A DNA stretch of 54,659 nt from an uncultured bacterium (GTDB lineage Bacteria > Electryoneota > B3-LCP). The position numbers and the translations under genes were made by a program. The stretch spans positions 1 to 54,659 of the forward strand of contig CAZHMN010000008.1 in the NCBI GenBank assembly GCA_964533705.1, in the 5' to 3' direction. The notes under the pieces are model-generated. The model worked only from the letters and a program-made list of their open reading frames with translations. It did not search any database and was not told where the DNA came from. Every line of letters starts with the position of its first letter. Positions within the stretch are counted from its first letter, which is position 1. Shown piece after piece: positions 46,374 through 54,659 of this stretch.

Positions 46374-48157
46374 ACCTTCGCTCTACCATTTTGTTGGTGC
46401 CTTTGCTTCTGTTTGTCTCCCTTCTGCATTGTTATCCTGCTGGCGCAGCGGCAGACGAGGAATCGCTCTGGCTGACGGCGCTTAGTAAGTTCGAAAGGGG
46501 GCGTTACAAATCCGCAATCACTGATCTGCAAGGCATCATCAGTTCCCCTTATTCGAATTACCGCGTCAGCGCCCTGCTGCTCCTGGGCAAATGCTACCTT
46601 CACGAAAAAGACCTGAAAGATGCCTCAAAAACGGCTCATCGGCTGATTGATCAGTATCCTCACAGCAAATATGCCCCGCACGCCCATTACCTGCTGGGCG
46701 AGGTCGCTTTTCTTCAAAAGGATTACTTTGAATCCGCCTGGCAGTTGTTGACGACTGCTCAGACCACCGACGATAACGAATTGAATGCCCTGGCGCGCCG
46801 CAAACTGGCGGGGATTTTCGAGAGTTACCTCGATTACACGGAAAGAGAATCCCTTCTGAAATGGGTGACGTCACGGAGGATTCAGGATGAGTTGAAGAGC
46901 GTCCAACAGGGGTTCAAGCTACCCATCAAGATCGGGATTATTCTCGAATTATCCGGGCCGAACGCCGCCATCGGCGGGAGCGTTTTATCGGGCATAGAAG
47001 CGGCCTTTGAGACAGTCCGAAAAAAAATACCCCATGACATCGCCTTGATCACTCGGGACAGCGGAGGCAACGTCATTGAAGCCGTGAAAGCCGCGCAGGA
47101 TTTGATTGCGAACGATGGAGTCATTGCTTTAATCGGCGACCTTCACGGACCCTGTACCGCCGCCATTGCCGCCGTAGCCAGCGAGGAAAATGTGCCTTTG
47201 ATCGTCCCTGCCGCGCAGGATAACGGTTTGGCGAATATCGGTGAAGGCGTGTTTCAATTGATGGCCGATTACCGGCTGGAAGGCATGATTGCCGCAGCCT
47301 ATGCTCGTTCTGATCTCGAAGCCGAAAAGGCAGTGATTCTGGCCCCGGCCAGCGAAGCCGCCAATCAACGGGTGGAAGGTTTCACCGCCCAATTTGAAAA
47401 CCTCGGGGGTGAAGTCGTTCTGGTACAGTGGTATTACCAGGGCGCCAGTAACTACAAACGCCAGTTGGATCAATTCATTCAAATCGGCGCCGCCAGGCTC
47501 GGGGAAGACTTTGAACTCGATGAAGAGCAGGTTCAGAAACTGATTGATTGGGATGAAGAGCCTGAGGAGGAACTGTACTTTTTAGAAGAATATACCGAAG
47601 AGGTGGAAGCGGACACGCTCCTGGATTCACTCCTGGGAGTTTACGGCTCGCCTATAAATTATTTCGACGTTCTGTACATTCCCATCGAAGGGGAGGAAAT
47701 CTCCCTCTTGACGCCCCAGGTCGCTGCCAGCGGTTTTAAAAATCATCTCATCGGCGACGCAAGTTGCCAGGAGTTCATCACGCTGGAATCGGATTGGCGG
47801 TATATGAACGGGATCATCTTCCCCGCTCATTTTTCCGCTTCGCCTAAAATCGCCCAGGATTCGGGTTTTTCTGAAGATTTTCGGTCGAAAACGGGAGGAT
47901 TGCTGAACCGCGACAACCTGTTAGGGTGGGATGCTTTCAATTTCTTGTCGGTAGCCCTGCGATCGCCGGGGATTTTAAGTCCCCGTGGAATATGCAGGAC
48001 ACTCCTTGAAGTTGGCGAGTTCGATGGTGAACGCATCAATCTCGAATTTGACGAAAATGATCGAATAAACAAGGCTATGTATATTCTGGTCTTTGAAAAT
48101 GGCAATTTTAAAGAGTTAAAATCCCCCCACGACGTTGCGAAAGCTTATCTTCAATGA
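46370..48157 (+). CDS. Secreted fusion of a BamD/YbgF-like TPR domain and a LivK-like periplasmic-binding domain (LpoA-like architecture)
   Basis: Signal peptide. The N-terminal ~130 aa form TPR-like helices (YKSAITDLQGII...LLGKCY...YPHSKYAPHAHYLLGEV). This is followed by KIGIILELSGPNAAIGGSVLSGIEAAF, typical of type I periplasmic-binding proteins. ATGA overlaps occur at both ends. Confidence 0.7.
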   Translation: MNLRSTILLVPLLLFVSLLHCYPAGAAADEESLWLTALSKFERGRYKSAITDLQGIISSPYSNYRVSALLLLGKCYLHEKDLKDASKTAHRLIDQYPHSKYAPHAHYLLGEVAFLQKDYFESAWQLLTTAQTTDDNELNALARRKLAGIFESYLDYTERESLLKWVTSRRIQDELKSVQQGFKLPIKIGIILELSGPNAAIGGSVLSGIEAAFETVRKKIPHDIALITRDSGGNVIEAVKAAQDLIANDGVIALIGDLHGPCTAAIAAVASEENVPLIVPAAQDNGLANIGEGVFQLMADYRLEGMIAAAYARSDLEAEKAVILAPASEAANQRVEGFTAQFENLGGEVVLVQWYYQGASNYKRQLDQFIQIGAARLGEDFELDEEQVQKLIDWDEEPEEELYFLEEYTEEVEADTLLDSLLGVYGSPINYFDVLYIPIEGEEISLLTPQVAASGFKNHLIGDASCQEFITLESDWRYMNGIIFPAHFSASPKIAQDSGFSEDFRSKTGGLLNRDNLLGWDAFNFLSVALRSPGILSPRGICRTLLEVGEFDGERINLEFDENDRINKAMYILVFENGNFKELKSPHDVAKAYLQ

Positions 48158-48981
48158 CCCCACTAGAAAAGGAACAAAAACTACGCCGGATGATCCGCGA
48201 GATGGGTTCGATGGCCATCGCCTATTCCGGCGGAGTGGATTCGACGTACCTGTTCAAAATCGCCGCCGATGAAATTGGTTCCAACGCACTGGCCGTCACG
48301 GCATCATCGCCAGCTTATCCGGCGCGGGAACGCCAGAGGGCGCAGGAATTGGCGCGGCAAATCGGCGCACGCCAGATCACGATCGAATCGAAGGAAACTG
48401 AGATCCCTCAATTCGTCCAGAACCCGCCTAACCGGTGTTATTACTGCAAGTTGGACCTCTTTCAGCATATCGCTGAGATAGCCGTTGCAGAAGAACTCAG
48501 CTGGCTGGTGGACGGATCAACTCACGATGATCTGGACGATCACCGTCCCGGCATGGCTGCTCTGAAACAGATGCAGGTTCGCAGTCCGCTGCGGGAATGC
48601 GGATTCACGAAGGATGACATTCGCCAGAGATCGAAAGCACTGGGTCTCCCGACCTGGAATCTGCCCTCTTTCGCCTGCCTGGCCTCTCGCTTTCCCTACG
48701 GGAAGACGATCACGGAAGAGGCCTTGAAGAGAGTTGATCAAGCTGAATCGGCTCTTTATGATTTGGGTTTCCGCGTGATCCGAGTGCGGCATCACGGCGA
48801 TACGGCTCGCATCGAGATTGGGCAGGATGAAATCAATAGACTTTTGGAAGGGGATTTACGCAACCGCGTCGTTGAAGCGATTAGGGAAGCGGGGTATAAA
48901 TACGTATCGCTGGATCTCGAAGGTTACCGCACGGGAAGCATGAATGAAGTTTTAGGTAACTCTAATTGGAATGCTCGGTGA
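48154..48981 (+). CDS. larE: PP-loop ATP pyrophosphatase of the LarE (ATP-dependent sulfur transferase) family
   Basis: PP-loop AYSGGVDSTYL, CYYCK, and SFACLASRFPYG are collinear with LarE-type proteins. Confidence 0.75.
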   Translation: MTPLEKEQKLRRMIREMGSMAIAYSGGVDSTYLFKIAADEIGSNALAVTASSPAYPARERQRAQELARQIGARQITIESKETEIPQFVQNPPNRCYYCKLDLFQHIAEIAVAEELSWLVDGSTHDDLDDHRPGMAALKQMQVRSPLRECGFTKDDIRQRSKALGLPTWNLPSFACLASRFPYGKTITEEALKRVDQAESALYDLGFRVIRVRHHGDTARIEIGQDEINRLLEGDLRNRVVEAIREAGYKYVSLDLEGYRTGSMNEVLGNSNWNAR

Positions 48982-49724
48982 TTATTGCGGATTACGTCGA
49001 ATTTGAGGATTATGTTTTATATAATACCTTTGCAGATGGAATAATTGCCGCCCTCACTCTGCGGTCTTTTTACCAGCCTGACGAGATCTTTGACCGTGAG
49101 CAACTGCGGGAAAAGCTCGTTGACAAGATCGGTTTAAAGAGCTGTTCGATTGCCAGTGCAGAACAGGTTCACGGAAATCTAGTTGCATACGTGGATAAAA
49201 CCGCGCACCTTACCGGTGTTGACGGTCTGGCGACGGATCAGCCCGGAGTAGTGCTCACGGCCGTCGTCGCTGATTGCCTTCCCATTTACCTATGGAGCCG
49301 GAAGAGGCGTTGCATCGCTCTGCTGCACGCCGGTTGGCGCGGTACGGCTGATGGCATAGCATCAACAGGGGTTGATTTTCTGGGGCAACGGTTTGGTATA
49401 GCCCCGAATGGTCTCACCGCCCTCCTGGGCCCCTGCATCTGCTCTGAATGCTATGAAGTGGGACCTGAAGTGGCAGACCGTTTCGATCAATCCGTCCTTC
49501 GCAAGGGACGGAGTGATCGTTATTTTCTCGATCTACGGGGAGAGAATCTCCGGCAGTTGGTGAATTCCGGCGTCGCTGAGGATGCCATTATGTCGGATGG
49601 CCGGTGCACCTGTTGCCTGCCGGAGCTCTTTTATAGCTATCGGGGAGATGGGAAGAAAGCGGGTCGCATGTTCGCAGCTCTGGCATTGCTGCCTGATAGA
49701 CAAACAGCGGCACCTGGAAAATAA
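48966..49724 (+). CDS. pgeF: Peptidoglycan editing factor PgeF (YfiH / DUF152, Cu-oxidase_4 fold)
   Basis: QVHGN.V, ..ADC.P..L......IALLHAGWRGT..GI and C....CYEVG match YfiH/PgeF. The start is either the TTG at 48966 or the GTG at 48978, which overlaps the larE stop as GTGA. Confidence 0.85.
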   Translation: MECSVIIADYVEFEDYVLYNTFADGIIAALTLRSFYQPDEIFDREQLREKLVDKIGLKSCSIASAEQVHGNLVAYVDKTAHLTGVDGLATDQPGVVLTAVVADCLPIYLWSRKRRCIALLHAGWRGTADGIASTGVDFLGQRFGIAPNGLTALLGPCICSECYEVGPEVADRFDQSVLRKGRSDRYFLDLRGENLRQLVNSGVAEDAIMSDGRCTCCLPELFYSYRGDGKKAGRMFAALALLPDRQTAAPGK

Positions 49725-50506
49725 TGGATTATCTATCAGCTATCCTGTTGGGGCTGGTTCAGGGATTGACCGAGTTCCTGCCTGTATCCAGTTCAGGCCA
49801 TCTGGTCTTGTCGCAGCACCTCCTGGGGTTTCAGGGGCCTCAGCTCGCTTTCGACCTGCTGATGCATCTGGGGACGCTGCTGGCCGTCGTCATCTACTTT
49901 CGGCAAGATATTGGCCAGATTGTCGGCTCGGCCTTGAAAGGCTCGGGTGAAGTTGAGGGACGCCGCTGGATTTTCATGCTCGTTATTGCTACAATACCAA
50001 CTGCCCTCATCGGTTTCGTCTTCCGCGATCAGTTTAAGATGCTCTTTGGGATGCCGCGGGTGGTCGCTTCGATGTTGTGGGTGACCGCGATCCTGCTTTT
50101 TCTGTCCGACCGGATTCGTTTGCAGGAGAACACCGAAGCCCGGCTGACAATCCCACGAAGCCTGCTGGTCGGCGTGGCACAGGGATTGGCCATTATACCG
50201 GGGATATCGCGTTCCGGTTCGACCATTGCGGCCGGCATATTCAGTGGCTTAAATCCGGATAAGGCGGCTCGGTTTTCATTTTTGCTCTCGATTCCGGCGA
50301 TTTTCGGAGCTTCGCTTTTAGAGCTCGGGGAAATCAGCGGAATTGCCGCGCATGACGTGTTGCCCTATTTGGCCGGAGCGCTCACCGCCTTCGTATCTGG
50401 GTATCTGGCTATAGATGTGCTGTTAAAAATGGTCATCAAGCGCAAACTCTGGAAATTCTCCGTTTATCTTTTCCTCGCTGGTCTGGTCGGATTTGTATTG
50501 ACGTAA
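49724..50506 (+). CDS. uppP: Undecaprenyl-diphosphate phosphatase
   Basis: AILLGLVQGLTEFLPVSSSGHL and IPGISRSGSTI are the two BacA/UppP signature motifs. There is a TAATG overlap with pgeF. Confidence 0.93.
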   Translation: MDYLSAILLGLVQGLTEFLPVSSSGHLVLSQHLLGFQGPQLAFDLLMHLGTLLAVVIYFRQDIGQIVGSALKGSGEVEGRRWIFMLVIATIPTALIGFVFRDQFKMLFGMPRVVASMLWVTAILLFLSDRIRLQENTEARLTIPRSLLVGVAQGLAIIPGISRSGSTIAAGIFSGLNPDKAARFSFLLSIPAIFGASLLELGEISGIAAHDVLPYLAGALTAFVSGYLAIDVLLKMVIKRKLWKFSVYLFLAGLVGFVLT

Positions 50507-50535
50507 TAAACCTGTTCGCTTTAGGTTGAGAACTG

Positions 50536-51564
50536 ATGATTAACGAAGCGGCGACACTGAATTACCACTCCTTTATGAAGGATCTGGATGAAGGTCGGCT
50601 GCAGCCCACCTATTTCTTTTATGGCCCGGAAGACGTCCTGATTGAGCGTGCGCTGAGGAGGCTGAAGGAGGTGGCCCTGGAGGCGGGCTCAGAGGATTTT
50701 AATTGGAACGTCTTTCGTTCGGATGCCGATGACATGGACTGGAGCGTTTTTGGGGACGCTCTGACTTCACTGCCTCTGCTCGCTTCGCGCCGCGTTGTTG
50801 TGCTGAAAGGAGTGGGCAGGGTATTGCGCAACAAAGGAGTGACCAAACTGATCGAAAGCGCTTTGCGTCAGCCGCCCCAGGATCTCATCTTTGTTATGAT
50901 TGAAGAGAATCCCGATTTTAAGAAATCCTTTTACAAAATGGTGGCCGAAACCAGCACGTCTGTTGCATTTCCATTTTCCACTCCGCAGCAACTGCAAGAG
51001 CACCTGAGGAATTTTGCCGCTGAATTTGGCAAGGAAATTCCAGATGCCACTATGGACAGAATGCTGACCGACACGAATCCCAGTTTGCGGGATCTGCTTT
51101 CGAAGCTCGAAATATTGATCTTTTACGTTGGAGACAAGAGAATCCTTGAGCCAAAGGATTTGGAAGCTTGCACCGCTTTTACCCGTGAAGTGGATGTATT
51201 TAAGCTTCTGCAGGCTCTGGGAAAGCGAAATGAAGCTGAAGCCCGGCTTGTCACAGAGCAGTTGCTGCAGCGCAAGTTCGATGCTGGAATGCTGATTTCG
51301 CTGCTATACCGGCAGATTTGGGCGATGTACCGAATGAAATATCTTCAGGAAAAGCGTATTCCCAACTGGAAGTGGCAGGAGCAGTTAAACATCAAGCCGC
51401 AGTTCTTAGAGAAACGATACAGACAATATCTTCGCAATTACACGCGCGCCGAGCTGGGCCGGTCCATCGAGATTCTAGCTCAAGCGGATAAGTTGCGAAA
51501 AACGTCCGCCGTTCAGGATGATTACATCCTGCGAACCCTGACGGAGAATTTGTTAAAACCATGA
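50536..51564 (+). CDS. holA: DNA polymerase III delta subunit
   Basis: ...YFFYGPEDVLIE......LK......F.....F......DW......A..SLPLLASRRVVVLK fits the HolA N-terminal pattern. 342 aa. Confidence 0.85.
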   Translation: MINEAATLNYHSFMKDLDEGRLQPTYFFYGPEDVLIERALRRLKEVALEAGSEDFNWNVFRSDADDMDWSVFGDALTSLPLLASRRVVVLKGVGRVLRNKGVTKLIESALRQPPQDLIFVMIEENPDFKKSFYKMVAETSTSVAFPFSTPQQLQEHLRNFAAEFGKEIPDATMDRMLTDTNPSLRDLLSKLEILIFYVGDKRILEPKDLEACTAFTREVDVFKLLQALGKRNEAEARLVTEQLLQRKFDAGMLISLLYRQIWAMYRMKYLQEKRIPNWKWQEQLNIKPQFLEKRYRQYLRNYTRAELGRSIEILAQADKLRKTSAVQDDYILRTLTENLLKP

Positions 51565-52169
51565 ATGACAGCGATAAAGCCAAGGATCCCTCGCAGGAAG
51601 TAAACTTGACGGAGTGCACGGACGAAGTTCTGATTGCCCGTTTCCAGGCGGATGACTTCACCGCTTTCGATGAAATTGTGCATCGCTATCAGGGGCAGTT
51701 GATCAACTTCGTCGGCAGGCTGTTGGGTGATCGCATCACGGCGGAAGACATCGTGCAGGAAACTTTTTTGCGGGTATATCGCAATAAGCATCGCTACAAG
51801 GAGATTGCGCGCTTTTCGACCTGGATTTACACGATTGCTGGCAACCTGGCTCGCACCGAACTTCGGCGGCGTAAAATTCGGAATTTTTTCTCAATTTCAC
51901 AGCGCAGTGAGACGGAGAGAGATTACGAAATCCCGGACACGAGTATTGACGTTGAGAAGCAGGTTGAAGGCAGGATGAGCAAAAATCTGATTTTGAAGGA
52001 GATCACAAAATTGCCGGTTTATTTTCGGGAAGTTATTATATTGCGAGACCTGCAGGATCTGTCCTACGAGGAAATCAGCCAGATCTTGAATGTGCCTCTG
52101 GGAACGGTGAAATCCCGGGTTAACCGGGGCAGAACGCAGATTCAGAAGCGCCTTAAGGGGAGAATATGA
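51561..52169 (+). CDS. ECF-type RNA polymerase sigma factor (sigma-70 group 4)
   Basis: Region 2 is DIVQETFLRVYRN...F.TWIYTIA.N. Region 4 is LSYEEISQILNVPLGTVKSRVNRGR. There is an ATGA overlap with holA. Confidence 0.9.
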   Translation: MNDSDKAKDPSQEVNLTECTDEVLIARFQADDFTAFDEIVHRYQGQLINFVGRLLGDRITAEDIVQETFLRVYRNKHRYKEIARFSTWIYTIAGNLARTELRRRKIRNFFSISQRSETERDYEIPDTSIDVEKQVEGRMSKNLILKEITKLPVYFREVIILRDLQDLSYEEISQILNVPLGTVKSRVNRGRTQIQKRLKGRI

Positions 52170-52327
52170 TTCCTTTCAATTTCAAAGCTATGAAAAAGGT
52201 GCAAAAAATTTCACCAAGTGGGAACCCGACCTAAAGAGATTTTGTTCAAAGAGGTGAACACGAAACGTGGAGGTCAATGAGGATCGGGGGTTAAGAGAAG
52301 ATACGGGCTGGAGGGATGTGTTGACCG

Positions 52328-52939
52328 ATGATGAAAGTAAGCTGCGAAGAATTTGAAAACAGATACGCCGATCTGATCACCGGCAATCTGGATGCTGAGC
52401 AAAAGAAGGCTCTTGAAGAGCACGGGCGTAGCTGCACGCATTGTCAGCGCTATACAGCACAAAGCGATGCGATCAGGCAGGAACTGCTTAATCTGCCCCA
52501 GTTGGAGGTTTCCCCGTATTTCGCCGCCAATGTAAGACGGGAAATCAACAGGTTGGAACGGGGGCTGAAAAAACCCGAATGGACGCCGAGTCTGTTGCCC
52601 CGTTTTGCAGCCCTGGCATCGGGTTTTGCCGTCGCGGTTATCTGTGGCCTGATCATTTTCCAGCCAGGCGGTCAGAATGCGAACGATCCCACATTAATGA
52701 ATCCTGCCACCCCATCGGGAATGACAGCGGAAAGAGGCACCACCAGTGAGAACCTTGAGGTCAGTGAGCCCGCGATGCTGTATGATCCTGCCGAGGAATT
52801 GCTTACCTCCTACGAATCCGGCGTTGATACGGCCACTCATCATCTCCCGGAGCCGCCCGGAACCGACTCCATTCCCATCCCCGTGGAAGACGATTACTGG
52901 CGGATCAACCAGGTATCAACCACGCCTGACGATAATTGA
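52328..52939 (+). CDS. Zinc-binding (zf-HC2 / ZAS-type) transmembrane anti-sigma factor
   Basis: The H-x3-C-x2-C motif HGRSCTHC lies near the N-terminus. There is a single TM helix, FAALASGFAVAVICGLIIF. It is positioned downstream of the ECF sigma gene. Confidence 0.75.
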   Translation: MMKVSCEEFENRYADLITGNLDAEQKKALEEHGRSCTHCQRYTAQSDAIRQELLNLPQLEVSPYFAANVRREINRLERGLKKPEWTPSLLPRFAALASGFAVAVICGLIIFQPGGQNANDPTLMNPATPSGMTAERGTTSENLEVSEPAMLYDPAEELLTSYESGVDTATHHLPEPPGTDSIPIPVEDDYWRINQVSTTPDDN

Positions 52940-52964
52940 TCGAAATAAAACGTTGATTTTAAAC

Positions 52965-52997
52965 AATCCGCTCGTTTGCGATAGAGCGGATTTTTTA
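52965..52997 (+). terminator. Rho-independent terminator after the anti-sigma gene
   Basis: Perfect 9-bp stem AATCCGCTC (52965-52973) / GAGCGGATT (52984-52992), followed by TTTTATT. Confidence 0.7.
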
Positions 52998-53025
52998 TTG
53001 ACTTTGCCTCAGGAAATGTTATATT
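52998..53025 (+). promoter_or_regulatory. Sigma-70-type promoter with an extended -10 for the small-ORF/deoB unit
   Basis: TTGACT (52998-53003), a 16-nt spacer ending in TGt, then TATATT (53020-53025). It follows the terminator immediately. Confidence 0.5.
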
Positions 53026-53076
53026 ATAACCGGGCGCAAAGCCCTATTTTGCTAAGAGAAAAATTTCGAGGGATAC

Positions 53077-53274
53077 ATGGCAAAAGCACAGACGTTCGGC
53101 GAGAAGGTCGCCAAGGCTCAGTCTAAGCAACAGGCAATCTGTCCGCAATGTGGGGTTCCTCTGAGCTATGTCAAGATGATCACCCCAACACTGACATCGT
53201 CGGGAAGTTATAGTTTCCGGGCCAGAATGCAAAAAGTCTGCAAGTGCAGTAATCCCGATTCGCAGAGTAAATGA
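53077..53274 (+). CDS. Small (65-aa) basic four-cysteine protein, putative zinc ribbon; function unknown
   Basis: CPQCG ... CKC, with GAGGG 4 nt upstream of the ATG. Its stop overlaps the deoB start (ATGA at 53271-53274). Confidence 0.55.
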   Translation: MAKAQTFGEKVAKAQSKQQAICPQCGVPLSYVKMITPTLTSSGSYSFRARMQKVCKCSNPDSQSK

Positions 53275-54482
53275 GGTTTGCGCCGGGCCGTTTGATCATC
53301 CTGATTCTGGACAGCGCGGGCATCGGAGCACTGCCCGACGCTGAGAAATACGGCGACAGTGGATCGAACACTCTCGGCAACCTGGCCAGGGTTGTCGGCG
53401 GGCTTGAATTGCCGAATTTGGAAGCTCTGGGACTCGGCAAGATTGCCCCGCTTAAAGGACTTTCCAACGATGGAAATGCATTGGCCGCCTACGGGAAGAT
53501 GGCTGAAAAGGCCCCGGGCAAGGACAGCATCACCGGTCATTGGGAGCTGATGGGTTACATCGCCACCCAGGCGCAGCCCACTTATCCGAATGGTTTCCCC
53601 GATAGGATTATCAGCAGGCTTCAGGCTGAAACGGGGCGCAGTTATCTCGGCAACGTGGCCGCTTCGGGGACTGAGATTATTGACCGGTTGGGTGAAGAGC
53701 ACCTAAAAACAGGCTCACCGATTCTCTATACCTCCGCCGATTCCGTACTCCAGATTGCCGCTCATGAAGAAGTGATTCCGTTAGAGGAGCTTTATCGCAT
53801 CTGCGGAATCGCGCGGGAGATCATGTCCGGGAAGGACGCGGTCGGCAGAATTATCGCGCGGCCTTTCGTCGGCAAACCGGGCAGCTTCACGCGGACCGCC
53901 AACCGCAGGGATTTTTCGCTTCAAGCGCCGGGTGATACCGCCCTGGATTTGCTCGTAAAAGCCGGTATTGTAGTGCTGGGTATCGGCAAGATCGAGGATC
54001 TCTTCGCCGGGCGGGGCTTGACCCGGGCGATTCACACCAAATCCAATCGGCAGGGGCTGGAAGAGACGCTAAAAGCCATCCAGAGCGAGGTGGGCGGTCT
54101 AATCTTCACCAATCTGGTTGATTTCGACATGCTCTGGGGGCATCGCAACGACCCGGAGGGCTACTATCGGGGTTTACAAGAGGTTGACGCTTTTCTCCCC
54201 TCGCTGATGGGATCCCTGAAGCCCGGTGACGCTCTCGTCCTGACGGCGGATCACGGCTGCGATCCCACTACAACTTCCACGGATCATTCGCGGGAATACG
54301 TGCCGATCCTTATATATGGTGATCGGGTAAAAGGGAATACGAATATCGGGATACGCAGCACCTTCGCCGATCTGGGCGCCACTGTGGCCGACTTTTTCGG
54401 CATTGAAGGGACGGGAATGGGGGAGAGTTTCTGGGATTTAATTCAGGGGCACCGGGTCGAGAAATCGGCTGTCAAGGATTAA
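53271..54482 (+). CDS. deoB: Phosphopentomutase
   Basis: ILD..GIGA.PDA..YGD.GSNTLG, GKDSITGHWE.MG, YTSADSV.QIAAHE and LTADHGCDPT are DeoB hallmarks. Confidence 0.93.
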   Translation: MRFAPGRLIILILDSAGIGALPDAEKYGDSGSNTLGNLARVVGGLELPNLEALGLGKIAPLKGLSNDGNALAAYGKMAEKAPGKDSITGHWELMGYIATQAQPTYPNGFPDRIISRLQAETGRSYLGNVAASGTEIIDRLGEEHLKTGSPILYTSADSVLQIAAHEEVIPLEELYRICGIAREIMSGKDAVGRIIARPFVGKPGSFTRTANRRDFSLQAPGDTALDLLVKAGIVVLGIGKIEDLFAGRGLTRAIHTKSNRQGLEETLKAIQSEVGGLIFTNLVDFDMLWGHRNDPEGYYRGLQEVDAFLPSLMGSLKPGDALVLTADHGCDPTTTSTDHSREYVPILIYGDRVKGNTNIGIRSTFADLGATVADFFGIEGTGMGESFWDLIQGHRVEKSAVKD

Positions 54483-54529
54483 TCTCGACAGATTTTCCTG
54501 AGTTTTGAGAAGAAAACAACGCTGTATCA

Positions 54530-54659
54530 TGAGTAGAATTACTTTGCCTGGGCATCTGAGCATATTCCTGCTATCCGCTTTAGTTTGCATCAGTTTCACG
54601 GATTTAAGTGCTGATGCTCTGGATTATCCGCCCGAGGTGGCAGAAGCACTGGATGCCGC
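54530..54659 (+). CDS. N-terminal fragment of a secreted protein (signal peptide only), running off the window
   Basis: My own translation from the ATG at 54530 gives MSRITLPGHLSIFLLSALVCISFTDLSADALDYPPEVAEALDA. It has a hydrophobic core and an A-x-A-like site. Only 43 codons are visible. Confidence 0.35.

Noticed and set aside
52221-52250. GGAAC...TCAAA resembles an E. coli sigma-E-type ECF promoter, in the 158-bp gap between the ECF sigma and anti-sigma genes.
   Set aside because: The spacing is 20 nt between GGAAC and TCAAA, against about 18 in the model. ECF promoter motifs are group-specific and this group is unknown, so the call is not supportable from sequence alone.
1-54659. A window-wide look for CRISPR arrays, IS elements, transposases, integrases, phage genes, rRNA, tRNA and toxin-antitoxin pairs.
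   Set aside because: I noticed no regularly spaced repeats, no recombinase or transposase-like ORFs, and no non-coding gap longer than ~230 bp. Apart from the candidates listed, the window reads as core chromosome.

Overview
The window is a gene-dense stretch (about 55 protein genes, roughly 50-55% GC by eye) from a diderm bacterium. The bacterium looks like an uncultivated member of the FCB superphylum. Supporting this are two proteins with type IX secretion (T9SS) C-terminal sorting domains, two PorV/PorQ-like outer-membrane barrels, and a complete Kdo/LPS-export block (kdsA, kdsC, kdsD, lptC, a long lptA, lptB) followed by rpoN. Most of the window is conserved housekeeping: pdxJ, nadA, rsmE, rpsU, tilS, ftsH, folE, folP, rimI, accD, surE, guaA, glmS, pgeF, uppP, holA, deoB, an ECF sigma/anti-sigma pair, a purine permease and a HIT protein. 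Genes run on the minus strand over 1-13360, the plus strand over 13591-29157, the minus strand over 29383-33106, and the plus strand from 33227 to the end. Many starts and stops overlap (ATGA, TAATG), which implies long operons. I found no rRNA, tRNA, CRISPR array, transposase, integrase or obvious prophage or defence island. I cannot point to one unambiguous novel system, so I rank the candidates: (1) an operon at 8758-13360 joining an Ig-repeat lipoprotein, a single-propeller CTD protein and two PorV/PorQ-like barrels; (2) a translationally coupled triad at 23838-27722 of a DUF502 membrane protein, an unrecognised 624-aa barrel candidate and a one-POTRA Omp85; (3) a ridA / Zn-dehydrogenase / kdsA / class V aminotransferase operon at 3932-7384 that could make an amino-modified Kdo; (4) a stand-alone Fic enzyme with an unrecognisable ~200-aa C-terminal domain at 21233-22651, followed by an AT-rich spacer with a 17-nt direct repeat containing DnaA-box-like 9-mers upstream of nadA. 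All functional calls rest on reading motifs in the translations. No database search was possible.
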